Shown here one piece after another: positions 13,021-26,619 of a DNA stretch of 64,000 nucleotides (position 1 is the stretch's first letter; each line of letters opens with the position of its first letter). Made by a program: the position numbers and the translations under genes. Source of the DNA: Anthoceros angustus. Its lineage: Eukaryota; Plantae; Anthocerotophyta. The stretch is from the NCBI GenBank assembly GCA_010909165.1, contig MU008158.1, positions 3,676,809 to 3,740,808 on the forward strand. The letters are read 5' to 3'. The notes under the pieces were generated by a model that was given only the letters and a program-made list of their open reading frames with translations, did not search any database and had not been told where the DNA came from.

Positions 13021-15961
13021 ATGGACCACGGCGACGGCTTGCGGGAGGACCTGCACCTGGTGCAAGTTCACGATGCAGTACCTGTGAGTCCAGAATTCCA
13101 CGTTCCCAGTCCTGGAGCTCCAGATTGAGCAAAATTGAGCTGACCTTTGCCCGGAATTGCGCAAAAGAGAGGGTTTTATCAGGATCCGCCATGCAAACTG
13201 CGTCCAGCATTGCGAGGTTTCACGATTTTTCGGATCTGATGTGCAGGGGAAGGAGCCGGTGTCGGGGGAGGAGCCGAATATTGAGCCACAGATTACAGTT
13301 GAAGATGCACTGGAATCTATTGGTACAATTCGGTGGTTTTGTTACGGCTGGAAGCAGACGTAGAGGCGGATAGCATGGATCAGATAGTGTGGACTGAAAC
13401 GTTGTGTCGTCCTTCAGGATATGGCCGTTTTCAGTTAGGAATGATAACTTATGCTGGCCTTGCGTGGCTAGCTGATGCTGCAGAGATGATTTTGCTCTCC
13501 TTTATTGGCCCTGCGGTATGACTTGTCCTTGCTACAGCTTGACTAAAGGCTTCGGAGCTTTAGTGTTGCCCTCTGACCTTGGCATGATCTCGTCTTGCAG
13601 GCGAAATGTGAATGGAACCTGACATCAACACAAGAAGGGGCCATTTCCAGTGTTGTTTTCGTTGGTATATTCTGGTACGTGGCCTCATGTCCAAGTGGGT
13701 GAGGGGAAACTGGAGGTGGGCATGATATTGATTTTGTTGATCGGGGTCTGCAGTGGCTCGTACCTTTGGGGCCTAATAGCTGATCTGAAGGGCCGGAAGA
13801 TGGGCTTCTTAGCAACCGTTGTCTTCACGCTGCTTTTTGGGTTGCTCAGGTATGACATGTTGTATGTTTACTTCAGTCCCTGACGATGCTGGCAATACCC
13901 GTCGTAGGCTGTGCCCAATGAAGTTTTTCTCGAGTAGTTTTTTAGTATTGATGAGAATGTCCTATTATCCATTGTAGTGCGTGGTCCCCTACATTCCTGT
14001 GGTTGCTGGTAGCTCGAGGTTTGGTTGGCTTTGGGCTCGGAGGCTCCGCTGTGAGTAAGCATGGCCCCTTCTTCAACATATTTCTATGAGCACACCGGTT
14101 TCTCATCCTACTTACTTCAGAACTGCTTGGATTCAGGTTGTTTTCAATTTGTGTTTGGAATTTCTTCCACCATCAGAAAGAGGATTTTGGCTTGTCGTTC
14201 TCGAATTCTTCTGGACTGTAAGTTCAAATTTCTGACCAGTGCACATGGCTTAGGATACCTGTTTGTTCCTAGTCTGAGGTTCTGTTCCTTGCCATTTTGT
14301 TCTGCACAGGCTGGATCCATCGCTGAAGCATTCCTTGCGTGGCTAATTCTTCCAACGTTCAATTGGAGGTATAAGATTTGTCTTCTTCACATCTCCCAGC
14401 AGCCCTTTGAAGGAGCTAGTATTAACCTTAGTATCTCCGCAGACTACTGGTGGCCTTGTCGGCTCTACCATTTTTGTTGTTGGTTATCTTTTACCACGCT
14501 CTGCCCGAATCACCTCGATATTTAATGGTACGGCCTCCTCTTCCACACATACGAACAACCTCCCTCCTATGGTTTTATGAGCTTGTGTGTGGTTTAACCA
14601 CTGATGGCCTAGTTTTTAGCGAAATCTTGCAGGTCATGTGGCCATCTGATTCATAGCTGCTTTGCTTTGGCTTGGGCATTCAGATGAAAGGTTGCCATGT
14701 CTCCTCTGTCTATTTGCAATATTTAGTGCAGAAAGAATATTCCCTCTCTCTAGGGACGAGCAAAGATAATTTGAATCTCAATACAACAAAAAGAAACAGA
14801 AAGAAACGGAGACTTCATCTGGAGTAGTGCAGTTTAACTAACCTTTTTGTTACAACAGGTGAAAGGTGATACAGAAGGGGCTCTGGCAGTCCTCAGGCGA
14901 GTGGCTCGAGTGAACGGAAAAGAGATGCCCACTGGCTCTCTCATCCGTGCCAGGACTGATCCAGCAGCAATGAGTACGTAAGCAGTTAGATGTGCTTTGA
15001 GCACCACAGCATGTCTCAGCGCTAAGTGGTAGTGGTGAATGTTGCAGACAGGGATCGTCTTCCCGAAGTTGCAGAGAGTCGCCAGCTCATCACGAAGGGG
15101 AGTCCTAAATCAGCACGGCTAGGGGCATGGGATACTTACAAGGCTATGTTCAGTCCACAGCTGAGAATGACTACTATACTCCTGTGGCTGAATTATTTTG
15201 GCAATGCTTTTGCGTACTATGGACTGATCCTCTTGACAACTCAACTGTCAAGTGGTGGGCAGCAATGTCAGGGAGAAGCAAATGTGAGCCAGTTCTGCTC
15301 GGCTGATGGGAGACCGAACATTGACAGTTGGACTTTCAAGGAAGTGCTCATCTCATCATTTGCTGAGCTTCCAGGTCTAGTTGTAGCCTGTCTGACTATT
15401 GAAAGGTTTGGGAGGAAAGCAACTCTGGTTGCCTTGCTGATTGGGTGTGCGGTGTTCTTGAGTCCTCTGCTCACCACAATGTCAACCATCAGCACAATGG
15501 TGTTACTTTTCGGTGCCAGAGCGTGCATAATGGGAGCTTTCTCAGTTCTGTGGGTATTTGCACCAGAGCTGTACCCAACAAATATCAGGGCGTCAGCTCT
15601 TGGCTTTGCTAACGCAGGATCAAGAATTGGGGGCTTCCTTTGCCCCTTTGCGGCTGTGGGCCTTGTTGAGAACTGTCACAGGGCAAGTGCCGTTCGCAAC
15701 CCTGGTTTCTTTTTATTCCTCTCTGGACGCATATACTAACAGCTCCCTTTACTTCCCGTGTAACAGGCTTTGGCAGTTGGTCTATTCTCAGGAGTGTCAC
15801 TCTTCTCCGGTGTCGTCTCACTCTTCTTCCCGGTAGAAACAAAGGTGAAAACAGTTCCTGCTCTGACTGCTGAAGCTTAGCTTTCAAAGGAGATGAATCA
15901 AAACTGAAAACGCCTTGTTGGTCATCTGCAGGGATTGGGGCTATCGGACGATTTCAGATGA
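13021..15961 (+). CDS. MFS transporter, SVOP / organic cation-carnitine transporter 7-like, multi-exon
   Basis: TVEDALESIG-YGRFQ, LAWLADAAEMILLSFIGP, WGLIADLKGRK, LPESPRYL, IERFGRK, APELYPTNIR and PVETKG. First exon MDHGDG..VP starts at 13021; last exon ends DDFR* at 15961. Confidence 0.88.
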
Positions 15962-16667
15962 GGAAGTCCGCGAAGACTCATAAAGTTCACTACATATGTT
16001 GCTGTCAAGTTAATTATCACACTCGTGATGTATGTTTGTTGGGGTCAAAGTTGAGCTTCAGCTTCTATTACTCCAGCTATTTTTCCATGCAGGTATTCCC
16101 AAAAAAATGGGGGCCTCTATAGAATAAGTGAATATGGGGTGAGCCCAGCTATTTTCCAATGGTATTCTAGTGCTTGTGGTACAAAACTGTTCACCGTAAA
16201 CAATAATATATACCTGGGTATGAAAGGTGCAAACGAAGTGTGGCAACGTGTGTCACAAGAAGCGCGGGAAGCCGTTGGGGCCACCGAATTTGATCCCAAC
16301 ACCGCACGCCCGAAATGGTCAAAACGCAAAATAATCGCGGGAAGGGACTGTGTTGTCCTTGCTCCCGCCCGGCTCCGCTCTTGCTCGCCTCAGGTGGCCG
16401 CCATTCTCGTCCGCCTCGCCTCGGGAAGGGATCAGCTCATCAAGCTTACATTTCTCATCCATCTGTCAGCGTCGCGCCAAAGGCATCTGCTTGGCGCTCT
16501 CGGAGCCAGGTCCTGTGAGCTGCTGCGCTCCCTGCGAGCATGCGAGCTGATCTGTGCAGGAGCTCTTGGATCTCGCTCCAAGGGCAGCTCAGGGCCCTTT
16601 CAATTGGTGCCGGGGTTAGGAGGACGGGCAGACGCGTTTGCTGTCAGGCTGGAAGCTGAGGCTGGAA

Positions 16668-19600
16668 TGCCAAATCACGGGAGCAACAATTCGGCGGACA
16701 GCCACCGCAGGATGCTTGCAAACACCACGTGCTCGTGAGTGCCAGGAGGAAAATGGCCTCCGTTTGCTTGCTTCGTGTCTGCCGACGTTGTTCCGTCTGC
16801 TGAAGTTGCTTCCTATCCTGTGTGTTGAGCAGATGGGGTTTGACAACATTTTCCAGCCAATTGATTATCTGTGCAACAATACGAAGCGCAGGAGTGATGC
16901 CAATGATGAGTGCGCGTGCAGCCAGCCTGTAGACGTTGTTGCGCCAGATTGTGTCTCCACACGGGGCTACGGTTGTGGCAATGAGAGAAGGGGCGTGAAC
17001 TGGACGCTTCTTGCTGGTGGAGCCTTCGCCACAGCAGTTTCTGTTGCTTTTTGTGGAAAGCGCCAGCGAAGTTGTGTCGCTGGAGGAGATAGCCAGCCGG
17101 TGAAATCTGCAAAGGCCATGGCTGTTCCTGATACCGGTACCTGGCCCCCTTTCTCGCCTGTGCCTGCTTCACTGTTGCGTCCATTACGTTTAGTGACGTG
17201 GCCGCTGGATTTTTGCTCCAGTTGCGGACGGTGACAACGGCAAAGATGGAGTGTGGCTGGACAGCTTCGTCCGCCGAAGGCAATTTCTTGATACCTCACC
17301 CTCAGGTTGACAATCAACTGAATGTCTCAAATCATCCTTCGTTTGCTCTGGGATTTTCCAAGGCAACATTCCTATGTGCCGTGGCTGTGCATTTTGTGGT
17401 CGCTTCTAATTCTCGTTCCTTTCTGCCAGCGGCTGTTGAAGCATACTCAAGAGTGTACCAGCCTCATGGGCATGGTGACTGCAACGGGTCAGGGTACTCA
17501 GTGACTCCGCCGGGGAATGAACCTGTAAATTTTACGTCGGCCGGAAAGCAGCTTGTGGCTGTGCCCTGCTCTTCAACCCCACCACCCCAGCTTTACGAAG
17601 GTCAATCAAACTATGCTACTCCCATTACACCTCAACAGGGGGAGAAGTCAAATTCGAACCCGTCATCTCGAGCACATTTTTCAGCACGACATGACATGCT
17701 ACACAGGTTAAGGCAACAGGTGAAGAGCCGGGATGAGTTGATATTAGACGTCCATACTCAGCTCAGGGACCAGCAACGGACAATCAGATTGCATGAAGTA
17801 CATCGGAGGGAACTGGAGGAACGGTTGCAAGTAACGAATAGGTCACTCTATGAAGCACAGGCAGAAATTCAGAAGCTGCGCAGAGCCCTTTCGGGTCTTG
17901 CAGACAGAGACGCACAACGAGCAGCGGGCTCGGCTGAAGTGAACAACCAATTCCGGGATAGACAAGTAGAATCTCAACGGCTTCCGTCTGGCAGGTTTGA
18001 TAGATCACCTCAGACAACTCAACAGGCATGCCAGGAACAATTGTTTCAGCAGCAGCACGACTTGCAGTTATTGTCTGCGGAGGTCAAGAGACTTGCAGAT
18101 GAGTTAAGGGATGCTGAACAGGTCAGAAAAGAGCGCGAAATCTCAGTGTCAAAAGAGAATGAGTTCCTCATAGATAGGTTGAAGCACGTAGAAGCGCAAT
18201 TGGAGGGAGCAAGAAGGTCCAACATAGAGAAGGATCAGTTGCTGGAAACATACAGGGCACAGTTTCTCAGCGCCTCTGAGGCTACGCAGCTCTCTCGAAA
18301 GGTGGGTCCTGTCGTGCAGGTAGATTCAGTTTTGTATCCGAGCTATTCTGAGCATAGGAAGTTGATCAGCCACATTGTTTTGCTATTCAGTTGGAGAGCC
18401 GACCTGGTGACACTGGAAGAGGGCGTGAAAATGCGTGTCCGCATGACGAAGTCAGCCCATTGCAAGCACAAAGTTCTGGTGTGCAGACTGGCACTGGTGG
18501 ATATGGTACCAATCCAATAGCAGAAAGTTTTAGCCATCATGGGTAAGCTGGTGCTCTTATCAATGAATGTGCAGGTCGCTAGTTGTTTCCTCTCGTGCTT
18601 CAGGATTTAGGCGGTCTGACATTGTGTCGGTGGCTCAGGGATGTTGTGACATCTTACAATACGCTGTTTGCAACTACACCTGAACCTTCAAGTCGTGGTG
18701 CAAGCACATCTAAAACCCGTTCCGTGGAACGCGACATGGATCTAGCAGCAGATGGAGAAATTATCGAGAGCCTACTAGTCGCGTTGCAGGAAGAGGTTGA
18801 CCAGCTGTCGACTGCGCTTGGCGATAGCTCAAGAGTGGTAATTGGACTGTGCCAATGCTTTGTCTGTTCCTGACGACCTGTTGCAGTGGAAGGATTTTCT
18901 TTCGTTTTGCTTGACTTGTTGATATCGTACTTTTCACAGCAGGTTATGGACAAAAAAGCAGAGTCAAGTCAGTTAGTAGACAAGCTGCAGGTATCAGATA
19001 TCGTTTCCGCATCTGGCAGATCAAATAGCCTCCACTGCCGTGGCCTAATAGAACTCTACCTAGCTTTTAGCTTTGGATTGAGAGACTGGCTCCTGAAGCA
19101 TCTCCAGGGGTCCTTTGTAGAATGATAAGCTTGTCCTCTCCGACTCACATTTTCAGAGAACTCTGGAGGAACTCGGAGTCGCTGCACCTGATAATGAAGA
19201 GGATCGGGAGGAGCTGAGTCACTTCTTATCTTTTTCTAAAGGCATTACTTCTGCTGTACAGGTTAGGACATTGCTTGGCAGGTTTACAAGCAAGGAGAGA
19301 GGCTTCTTGCTGCCTAGGCTAATGCATCTGTTTGTGGCCAAGATCAGGTGCAGGAGCTCAGTCACAAGCTAGAGCAAGTAGCAAGGCAACAGAAAGTCGA
19401 AGAGGAGATACTGGAGCTCGGGAAACACCAATCCAGAATTGCGGAACTGAAGGAAAGGGTTGAACGACTAAGTATGAGGTTCAGCTGTTCCCAGGAAGGA
19501 ACTCCTGAAGAGTGTCAAGCAACCGAGAAGCAGTCAACCAGAATGGCCTCATTGGCTGTAGAACTTGCAAAAAAATTGACTCTGCAGGTTTCACAACCAA

Positions 19601-20837
19601 ACCCTTGGCCTTTTTATGCTTGGTCATATGATATCATTCTACTGTACGTTCAGGTGACATTATCTGCAAGCTTCTCTTTGCACTGTAAATGAAGTTATCG
19701 TGGAGTTCTTGCTAAACGTTTGTACCGGCAATTACAGGAAGAGCAGGCAAGGCAAACATGTTGGGAAGCTCAACGTATCACAGCTTCCTCCGAGCTTTTA
19801 TCTCCATACGTACCATTATCTAAGGTTTCGCCCTCCCTCACTGTGGTCTCTGTTCAAATTGTACTTGCCGAGCGCCGTACAAAATTCGTGGTTGGATCTT
19901 GCAAGTGAACCTCTAGCCTGACGAGGTCTTACCTTGTTTGGCTCAGAAAAGTTTCCCCAGAATGTCGTGACGCTAATCTGTTCCAATGCTTTGCTTTCAG
20001 AAACAGGAGCTCAGAAAGATTCTGCATGATAGCCGGATTGAATCGTCGACATTTTCTGACAGTTGGCACGAACATGCATCCACCTCTAACAATCACAGTA
20101 CTAGAGCAAGGTACTTCCAGATTTTTTGTACGCGGAGTTCACTAAGGTTTAACAGCTTCGGAAGTCTTATTGTTGGTCAAAGATTGCTTTGCAGATATTT
20201 AACCGAGTCGGAGGAAGCAAGGCAGTTCAGTGGCGACTGTTTGTTTGACCACAAGATGTCCCCTGCAGAGCCATCCTCTTTCCAGAGCCCAGACAGTGAC
20301 CGAAGGTTTGCAAGCATCCACCATGTTGAGGATTCTCCTGCCATGAGGATTGGCAGTCCGACAATCGTAGGCGATCTCAGGACTCCCACAGCTAAGGAGA
20401 GTGGTGAAGGACGCACGCGGGCTTCTGGAACTGTAGTACGAGATATCAACAATCTCGATGGGTCACATGTTATGAGTGGCGGACCTGAGAGAGACAGGCC
20501 AATTGATCTTGCAAGGGACGCATCCACAGCTATGTCGCCTTTCTCGAAGATGATGGCCAGACTCGAGCTGAATCAGGCGGGAAAGACTCCTGGGTTGACA
20601 GCAAAGGATTTGGAGGACTACGGCAGGCAAATGTTAGAATCCTACAACGATCCCAACTCAGAAGTGGGAATCGAAGGTGTTGTTGCAGAGAGGTTCGACA
20701 AGCATTCTGAATCAGGTTCTTTAGATTCTTCCTTCGATGACATGCTGGATAACACTTTGGAAGACTTCGTAAGAGTCTGCTCTGAAGCAACTACCCCGGC
20801 CACAAGTCCGGCTTCGAGCACAGTGTCGACAGAATGA
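16668..20837 (+). CDS. Uncharacterised long coiled-coil protein, multi-exon (5' end uncertain)
   Basis: Long ORF 17198-18520 with heptad-rich LRQQVKSRDELILDV..LEERLQ. Further coiled-coil exons at ~18640-19590 and an acidic Ser-rich last exon ending at 20837. GT-AG boundaries are present. Confidence 0.6.
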
Positions 20838-21189
20838 AATCAGTGACATTCGGAGCCCCTTCGTGAAACTTATGTGTTCAGGCTGAACTGCTTTGCGGTG
20901 TATAATTTAATGCGGTTTCGTCATGTGCCTTAGTTAACGGCGGTCCGGGTGAGTGGATTTCCTGTATAATTTGTATGCCCTATGGTAAACAACCATGAAC
21001 ACACGCGGGTGGCACTGCCCGCCTATGAGAAAAATATTTTTACGATATATATTTCTAAACACAAATTCGTATATAGGTAGATATATAGTGTCCGACATCA
21101 GCCAACTACATAGACTGCACATAGACTGCACGTCCATAATTTTTAATCTTCATCGGTGTTGAAGCCATCCGTGTGCCAAAGGAATATTT

Positions 21190-22060
21190 TTCCCTTGCAG
21201 GCCTTGCTAAGGTTAGCCAGGGACTCTTTATCCTCTGAGGTGAGGGCTGCTATGCCGTCTTTTTCCTCGCTTCCTGAGGTTAGGCTCCGAGGGCTTCAGG
21301 CGTCCCTCCTGGAGAAACAGTACGGGCAGGCGCAGTTGGCCCTCCTTGGGGATTCCTCCATTCCTAAGCCCACTCGGGCTCGTCTTCGCTCTTGCTCGGG
21401 GAAAGGGGGCAGGTTCCTGGCTTCTGGCTCGACCCAGTATTCAGGTGTTCCACATCGCACCAGCAACTTTTTCCACCGTGATGCGTTTTCGCCTTGGCTT
21501 GGTCCATCCTCTGGCGTGCTCTCTTTCAACTTGCAGCTGCGGGGCCTCTCTCGATGACTTTGAGACGCACTTGGCTCGTTATCCCGCGGGTGGGCAGCGT
21601 ATCGCTACGCATGACGCCATCCGGGACGTCATGTTCTCTATTGCTGGGGAAGGCGGGTTCCCTCCATTTAGGGAGCCCTTACACCCTACTCAACGGGGTT
21701 TCGCTTAGGGCAGATCTATTTTTGACCCGGGGGAATCAGGTTTCGGTTGCTGATGTGGTTGTAACCGATCCTACCCGGGACAGTGTCTGCGAACATGTTA
21801 TTCTTAACCCTCTAGGTTGGGCGGTGTAGCGACGGCTAAGGTCTACAAATACTCTCTTATGCAGGACGGCCATGCCTTCGTCCCCCTTGCCATTGAGACT
21901 CACGGAGCCATGGGCAAGGATTTCTCTAGGTTCGTCAAGGCCTGCGCCAAGGCTTATCATAGCCACAAGAATGGGGTTGGCCTCCCCCTTTCTTGTATTG
22001 TTGCTTTCTTCCGGCAGAGGGTTTCCATCGCTCTGCAGAGGGCGCTAATAACACAAAGAT
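21190..22060 (+). mobile_element. Degenerate 3' fragment of a non-LTR retrotransposon with restriction-like endonuclease (CRE-like)
   Basis: Frameshifted peptides RARLRSCSGKG-AGSWL, MRFRLGL, a zinc-knuckle-like CSCG..H..HDAIRD, RADL..VADV (PD-(D/E)xK-like), FVPLAIETHG and FRQRVSIALQR. Confidence 0.8.
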
Positions 22061-23196
22061 ATCTAACAATGAGCACGGAGATGCAGCTTCTTCGACACCG
22101 GTGGTAAGTAGGCCTTTTCACCTCCCTGACCACGAAATTCTTCGGGCGGCTGGTAGTTTTGAAATGCATGATCGTGGGGGCTAGTCTCCCTGGCATTGTG
22201 CCCTTCGTTGGGTTTTTCCCCCTTTGTTTTTTGGCCTGGATGGGTTTTTCCCATCTCTTTTTTATAATAAAGTCTTCTTTTCCTCTCCAAAGGGAACATT
22301 AAGCTTTTTCCAGTCAGGCGTGTGATCAGTGAGCCTCATTTGGTGCTTGAATTATCTACCCAAGTGTTCTACAAGCCTGCCGGCTTTGACGAGATCTCAA
22401 GGCTGGTGTGGCTTGAACTAACTTGGTGCTCTCAACTTTTTCCAATCCCTATTATCACAAGTTAGTCACAATATGCCAATTGATAAGGAGGCTCATTGTG
22501 TCCTTCATTTGAAATGCTCCACATCTTCTGAGAAGGCTTGCAGAGGACGAATTGCTTAAAGGATTATTAAATTATTGCGGTACAACAAATACTATGGTGC
22601 ACACAGGACAGGAGTGCAGCAGTGGGAGAGCTGTGGCTGTATACAAATATTGAAGGGGACTAACTAAGCTTCCTGCCACAACAACTTGCAGGGGCAAATT
22701 TTGCTAGAATGGCCGCACAGAAGTTTGAAGTCAAGGAGTGTTCTCTTGTTGGGTAGTAGGAGAGTGTGTACTCCTCGAGAGCCTTTTCTTGACTCTTGCT
22801 GTCCTCCTTGCTTAGCTTAGCGTTCATAGAGAGGAGTAGTGATTTTTAGGAATTACCCACAATGGCGTAATGTTGTAAGGTTCTCTAGAACCTCGTGGTC
22901 GATTATCTATGTTGTTGTAAAACCCTTTGGGATCCTCTAAATTACTCGGAATACAAAGACTCGATCTGTTCACTATAAAAAAAATACTTTGAATGTTGTG
23001 GATGCTATGAATAGAGCATATATTGCTAATACACGCCATTGTAGGTCCTTACCTAATGTTTTTGGACATTTCGACAATTGGGAGAGCCAATAATATGTCT
23101 ATTTTATACGACAATGACCTTTATCATTTGGCAAATGCAAGTAGAAGGCTAAATATACGTACAACTAAATCAGCAGTGAAAAAATATCAACAACGT

Positions 23197-23220
23197 CTGT
23201 TCTGAAAGGGGTTTCTCCTG
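23197..23220 (+). repeat. Left terminal inverted repeat
   Basis: CTGTTCTGAAAGGGGTTTCTCCTG is the exact reverse complement of 35044-35067. Confidence 0.9.
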
Positions 23221-23929
23221 AAACCCCTTTTGGCACACAGACGTTTCCGGACCCCTTTCTGCACACGTAGGAAATCCGCACTGGAATCAGCCTTTTTGGT
23301 ATTTCTCCCATGACATCACCCGCAAACATTTCAATTATTGGTGCGATACACGATATGTGACATTCTGCATCGAAATTACGAGGGAAAACCATCCAGAGAC
23401 ATTCACGATCAGCGTTTTTCTTCAGACTGGCCATGCTATTTGTGCACAAACTTGTGCGCGCACTCACATTTAAACAGTCTCCAACAGTTGACATCGGTCT
23501 ATGTTTCTAGCTAGTTTGGCGAATGTTGTCTTTCCGTCCTCGGGGACGGCGATGTCATCGTTCTCTTGCGGTAGTTGCGGATCGTAAATAGCAAGAGGAA
23601 GATATGGCGTTTCTCCACCTTGGGACTCGCCAAACCCAAAGCGTCTCCGGATGTTGGTTGTCCCAAGTAGGGTCGCTTTCTTACGGTCTTCGCACTTCTT
23701 TTCCCTTCGTGTTCTTAGGGTTATCCGGACCTTTTTGCCATCTTTCTCCTTCTTCTTCGGCCCCGTGATTGACTCAAGTCTTGAAGGTCGATGGGTGCGC
23801 ATGTTCCTTGAACCAAGTGTAGCGTTGCGGCCACAGGCTTAACGATCTCCCCGCCATCTCTTTGGCAAAACCGGATGTCCACGTTTGTGTGGTTTGGTGG
23901 TCAACTCTTCCTCGTCTGTAGGAAACACT

Positions 23930-26463
23930 TCATGGCCTGTAATACTGTTCGATGAATATTGTGCTCCTCTGTTCTTGGTCAACAGCAATACAGTTCCTCC
24001 CTTCCAGTAATGCCGCAAGTATTCCACTCCCGCTTCCCGAGCATCCATCTATAACCCATTCCCCTCTTTCTGTGAATAGGTCGTATAGCAGGACCATCAA
24101 CCCTATTGGCTTTTGGTAAGGAGAAACAACATGGCCATCGTTGGACACATTCAAAAGTTTCTTCACGACTGCGCTATGTCGAATAAACGCAGGCATTGCT
24201 CCAATCTCGGCTGCCGCACTATTGGACAATGCACTGCACTTCCTCATATCTTCAACAGTTGGGTGAACACCATACCCCACAGTCATGTACTCGCAGTTCT
24301 CGTAAAGTCCCTCGTCCGAAACCAAGTTGTCTTTCTCCCAGACCATTGTATAAACCCCTTTTCACACCATTTTCGCGGTGCATTTGGACATCCCGCATCC
24401 GGTCCGTCCATGCATAAATATCACGCGGAAAGTCTTGCATTCGGTGATTGTCATGAATCCATCCATTATCTTCTCCAAATCCTCACATGTCATCTCCTTA
24501 TCCCATGTCTCCGATAAATTGCCCCTTGGTAAATCGACGACCAACTTGTATTCTCTTTTCCCCAAGTAGGCAGCCATTTCACGAATATCACGGTTATTAC
24601 CAGTAACGGACCTTTGCTTGCTTTTGAACATGGAAAATGTCTAGTTTTGCGTCGTTGTCTTCCTCTGACTCTCTGCAAATCTTCCACCCTCTTCCAATTT
24701 CTTGCCGCATTGATGTGCTCTTTGAAGCTATCGGGTATCATCTTCTCTTTGTACTCTTACGCTTGATTATGCGCAGGATGGAGACGTTCATAGGTCGAAC
24801 ATGAAGGCAGTCGCAAACTAGTTTTGCACTTGCCTCGGACATACATGTACTTACAATGTGATCAAACACCGGTTGAAATTTCGCTATATCTTACGGTGTT
24901 GAGTGCCTCGGATATTCTCGCTCAACTTCGCAAATGAATTGCACCTCGGTCGAGCAAAATCATGCGGATGACATTCAACTTCTTGGCCTTCGTTATCCAC
25001 GTTTTCATGCCGCTCACGGTCAACTCGCCTTGAATCACTTTCTCCGGTAGACATAATCCTTTCACCGCTTCACAGGCATGCCAGAAAACTCTCCAATTGG
25101 TCGCATGCATTGGCTTTATCATCAAATTTGGATCCCGCAATGCGGCTCGTATCCGGCCCCCACGCTTTGATTTCCCCTCTTGCTGCCTTTCTTCCGGTTA
25201 CCTTGCTCGAAGCTCACCCCTCTCCCAAAGATCGAAAACCTCGTCCACCCGTGTCCACACATGAGGCGGGACACTAGCAATGCAGGCAGCGGTTTCGGTC
25301 GACAAGTCGCATTTCTTCCCGATCGAGCGTCGCCGATGGCGCCTAGCATCCGATATAGATTGTACTTCCAATCCATTGTAATGCTAATACCCTCTTAGCG
25401 ATTTTCATTTCATCGTGAATATCGGACTTGCTCAATGAAAGACATCCTCTTAGAAATCGCCTTGACATTGTGATCTGGCGGACACGCATCTCTGCACAGG
25501 TTAAGCTGCATATATATGAGCTTCCATATCTTTGGAAGTGTGAGTTCTCCGGGTCTTCTGCGTCTGCGTTGGAGCATAGAAGCTGGTTCCCACCCAATAC
25601 TCCCATGGTGTCTGCTGCCTTTTCAACTTGTCTTTGTCAAAGACCTCTACGCTTGCACTCCTTGGATCGATCATACATAGCAGGAAGTACTCCCTCTTGC
25701 AGGTCCCTTTTAATTTCCGAGAAGATGTTTTCCCCATGATTCATCCACTCTTGGATCCGGGCGTCACGAGTAATGTAGTCTGCGCTTCTCAACTTGGTGA
25801 TGGCAACCATATCGTATGCGGAATGCACCTCTTTTGTCTGACTCGAATTTGATGTAACGGGTCCTTATCTTTGTTGGGCTCGCTCCACTCTCGTTGTCCG
25901 TCGGCCTGACTTTGGTGATGACGCCCGTCGGTGTCTCGTCAATGTCATTACTCTTCCTCTTTTCCGCTTTTGGTTTACCTTTCGTCCTTGCGGTGGCTGG
26001 AACATCGCGTCTACCTCCTTGAGGTTGGTTGTACACGGGCTCGCTCCTTCACAGATTCTTTGACCCTACTGTCCAAACTTTGTAGAAGCTGCTGGGCATC
26101 GTCCAATGCATGGCGATTCTTCGGGACATTTGACGAACGTTTTGAGCCACCCTCGCTATGTATATCCTCTCTGTTGTTGTCGTGTGCTTCAACTCTGTCG
26201 GTTGTCTGATGCATCTCGTCGTCCTCAACATCTTCATTTGCGGTTTCATGCTCTTCATATTCTGCACTATCAGCGTCATCCAGAATATCTATACCTGCTG
26301 GCTGCAAGTACCTCTCTGTTTCCTGTTCCATTGAATCGTCATCGGAATTTCCCATATTCAGCGCGGCTGATGACGGTGCTTTGGTCGTGGTTGCGAACTG
26401 CTTTTTCCTAGCCTCTCCATCGCTATCTCGGAGCGGATCGCTTTCACAAGCTTGTTCGGCCAT
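23930..26463 (-). pseudogene. Transposon-borne multidomain gene: acidic N-terminus, possible ParB-like domain, C-terminal beta-class N6-adenine/N4-cytosine DNA methyltransferase (many frameshifts)
   Basis: Consecutive minus-strand ORF pieces. Motif IV-like KLVVDLPRG..ETWD (~24540), VWEKDN, and motif X/I YQKPIGLMVLLYDLFTERGEWVIDGCSGSGSGILAALLEGRNCIAVD (~24120-23975). VLGGNQ..EDPENSHF (~25600-25530) resembles a ParB/Srx GxHR-type region. Confidence 0.75.
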
Positions 26464-26619
26464 CTTCATCATCATCAACCCGAACTATTTCTTTTGGACA
26501 AAGCGCCCGATAGTCCCGAATATGCATCACAAAGACAACCACGCCTCCATTAACCGGATGCATCAACCGAAACATCCACCGCTCGCTTGTGGTACACAAA
26601 GGCGGGCACCGGTCCTCGT

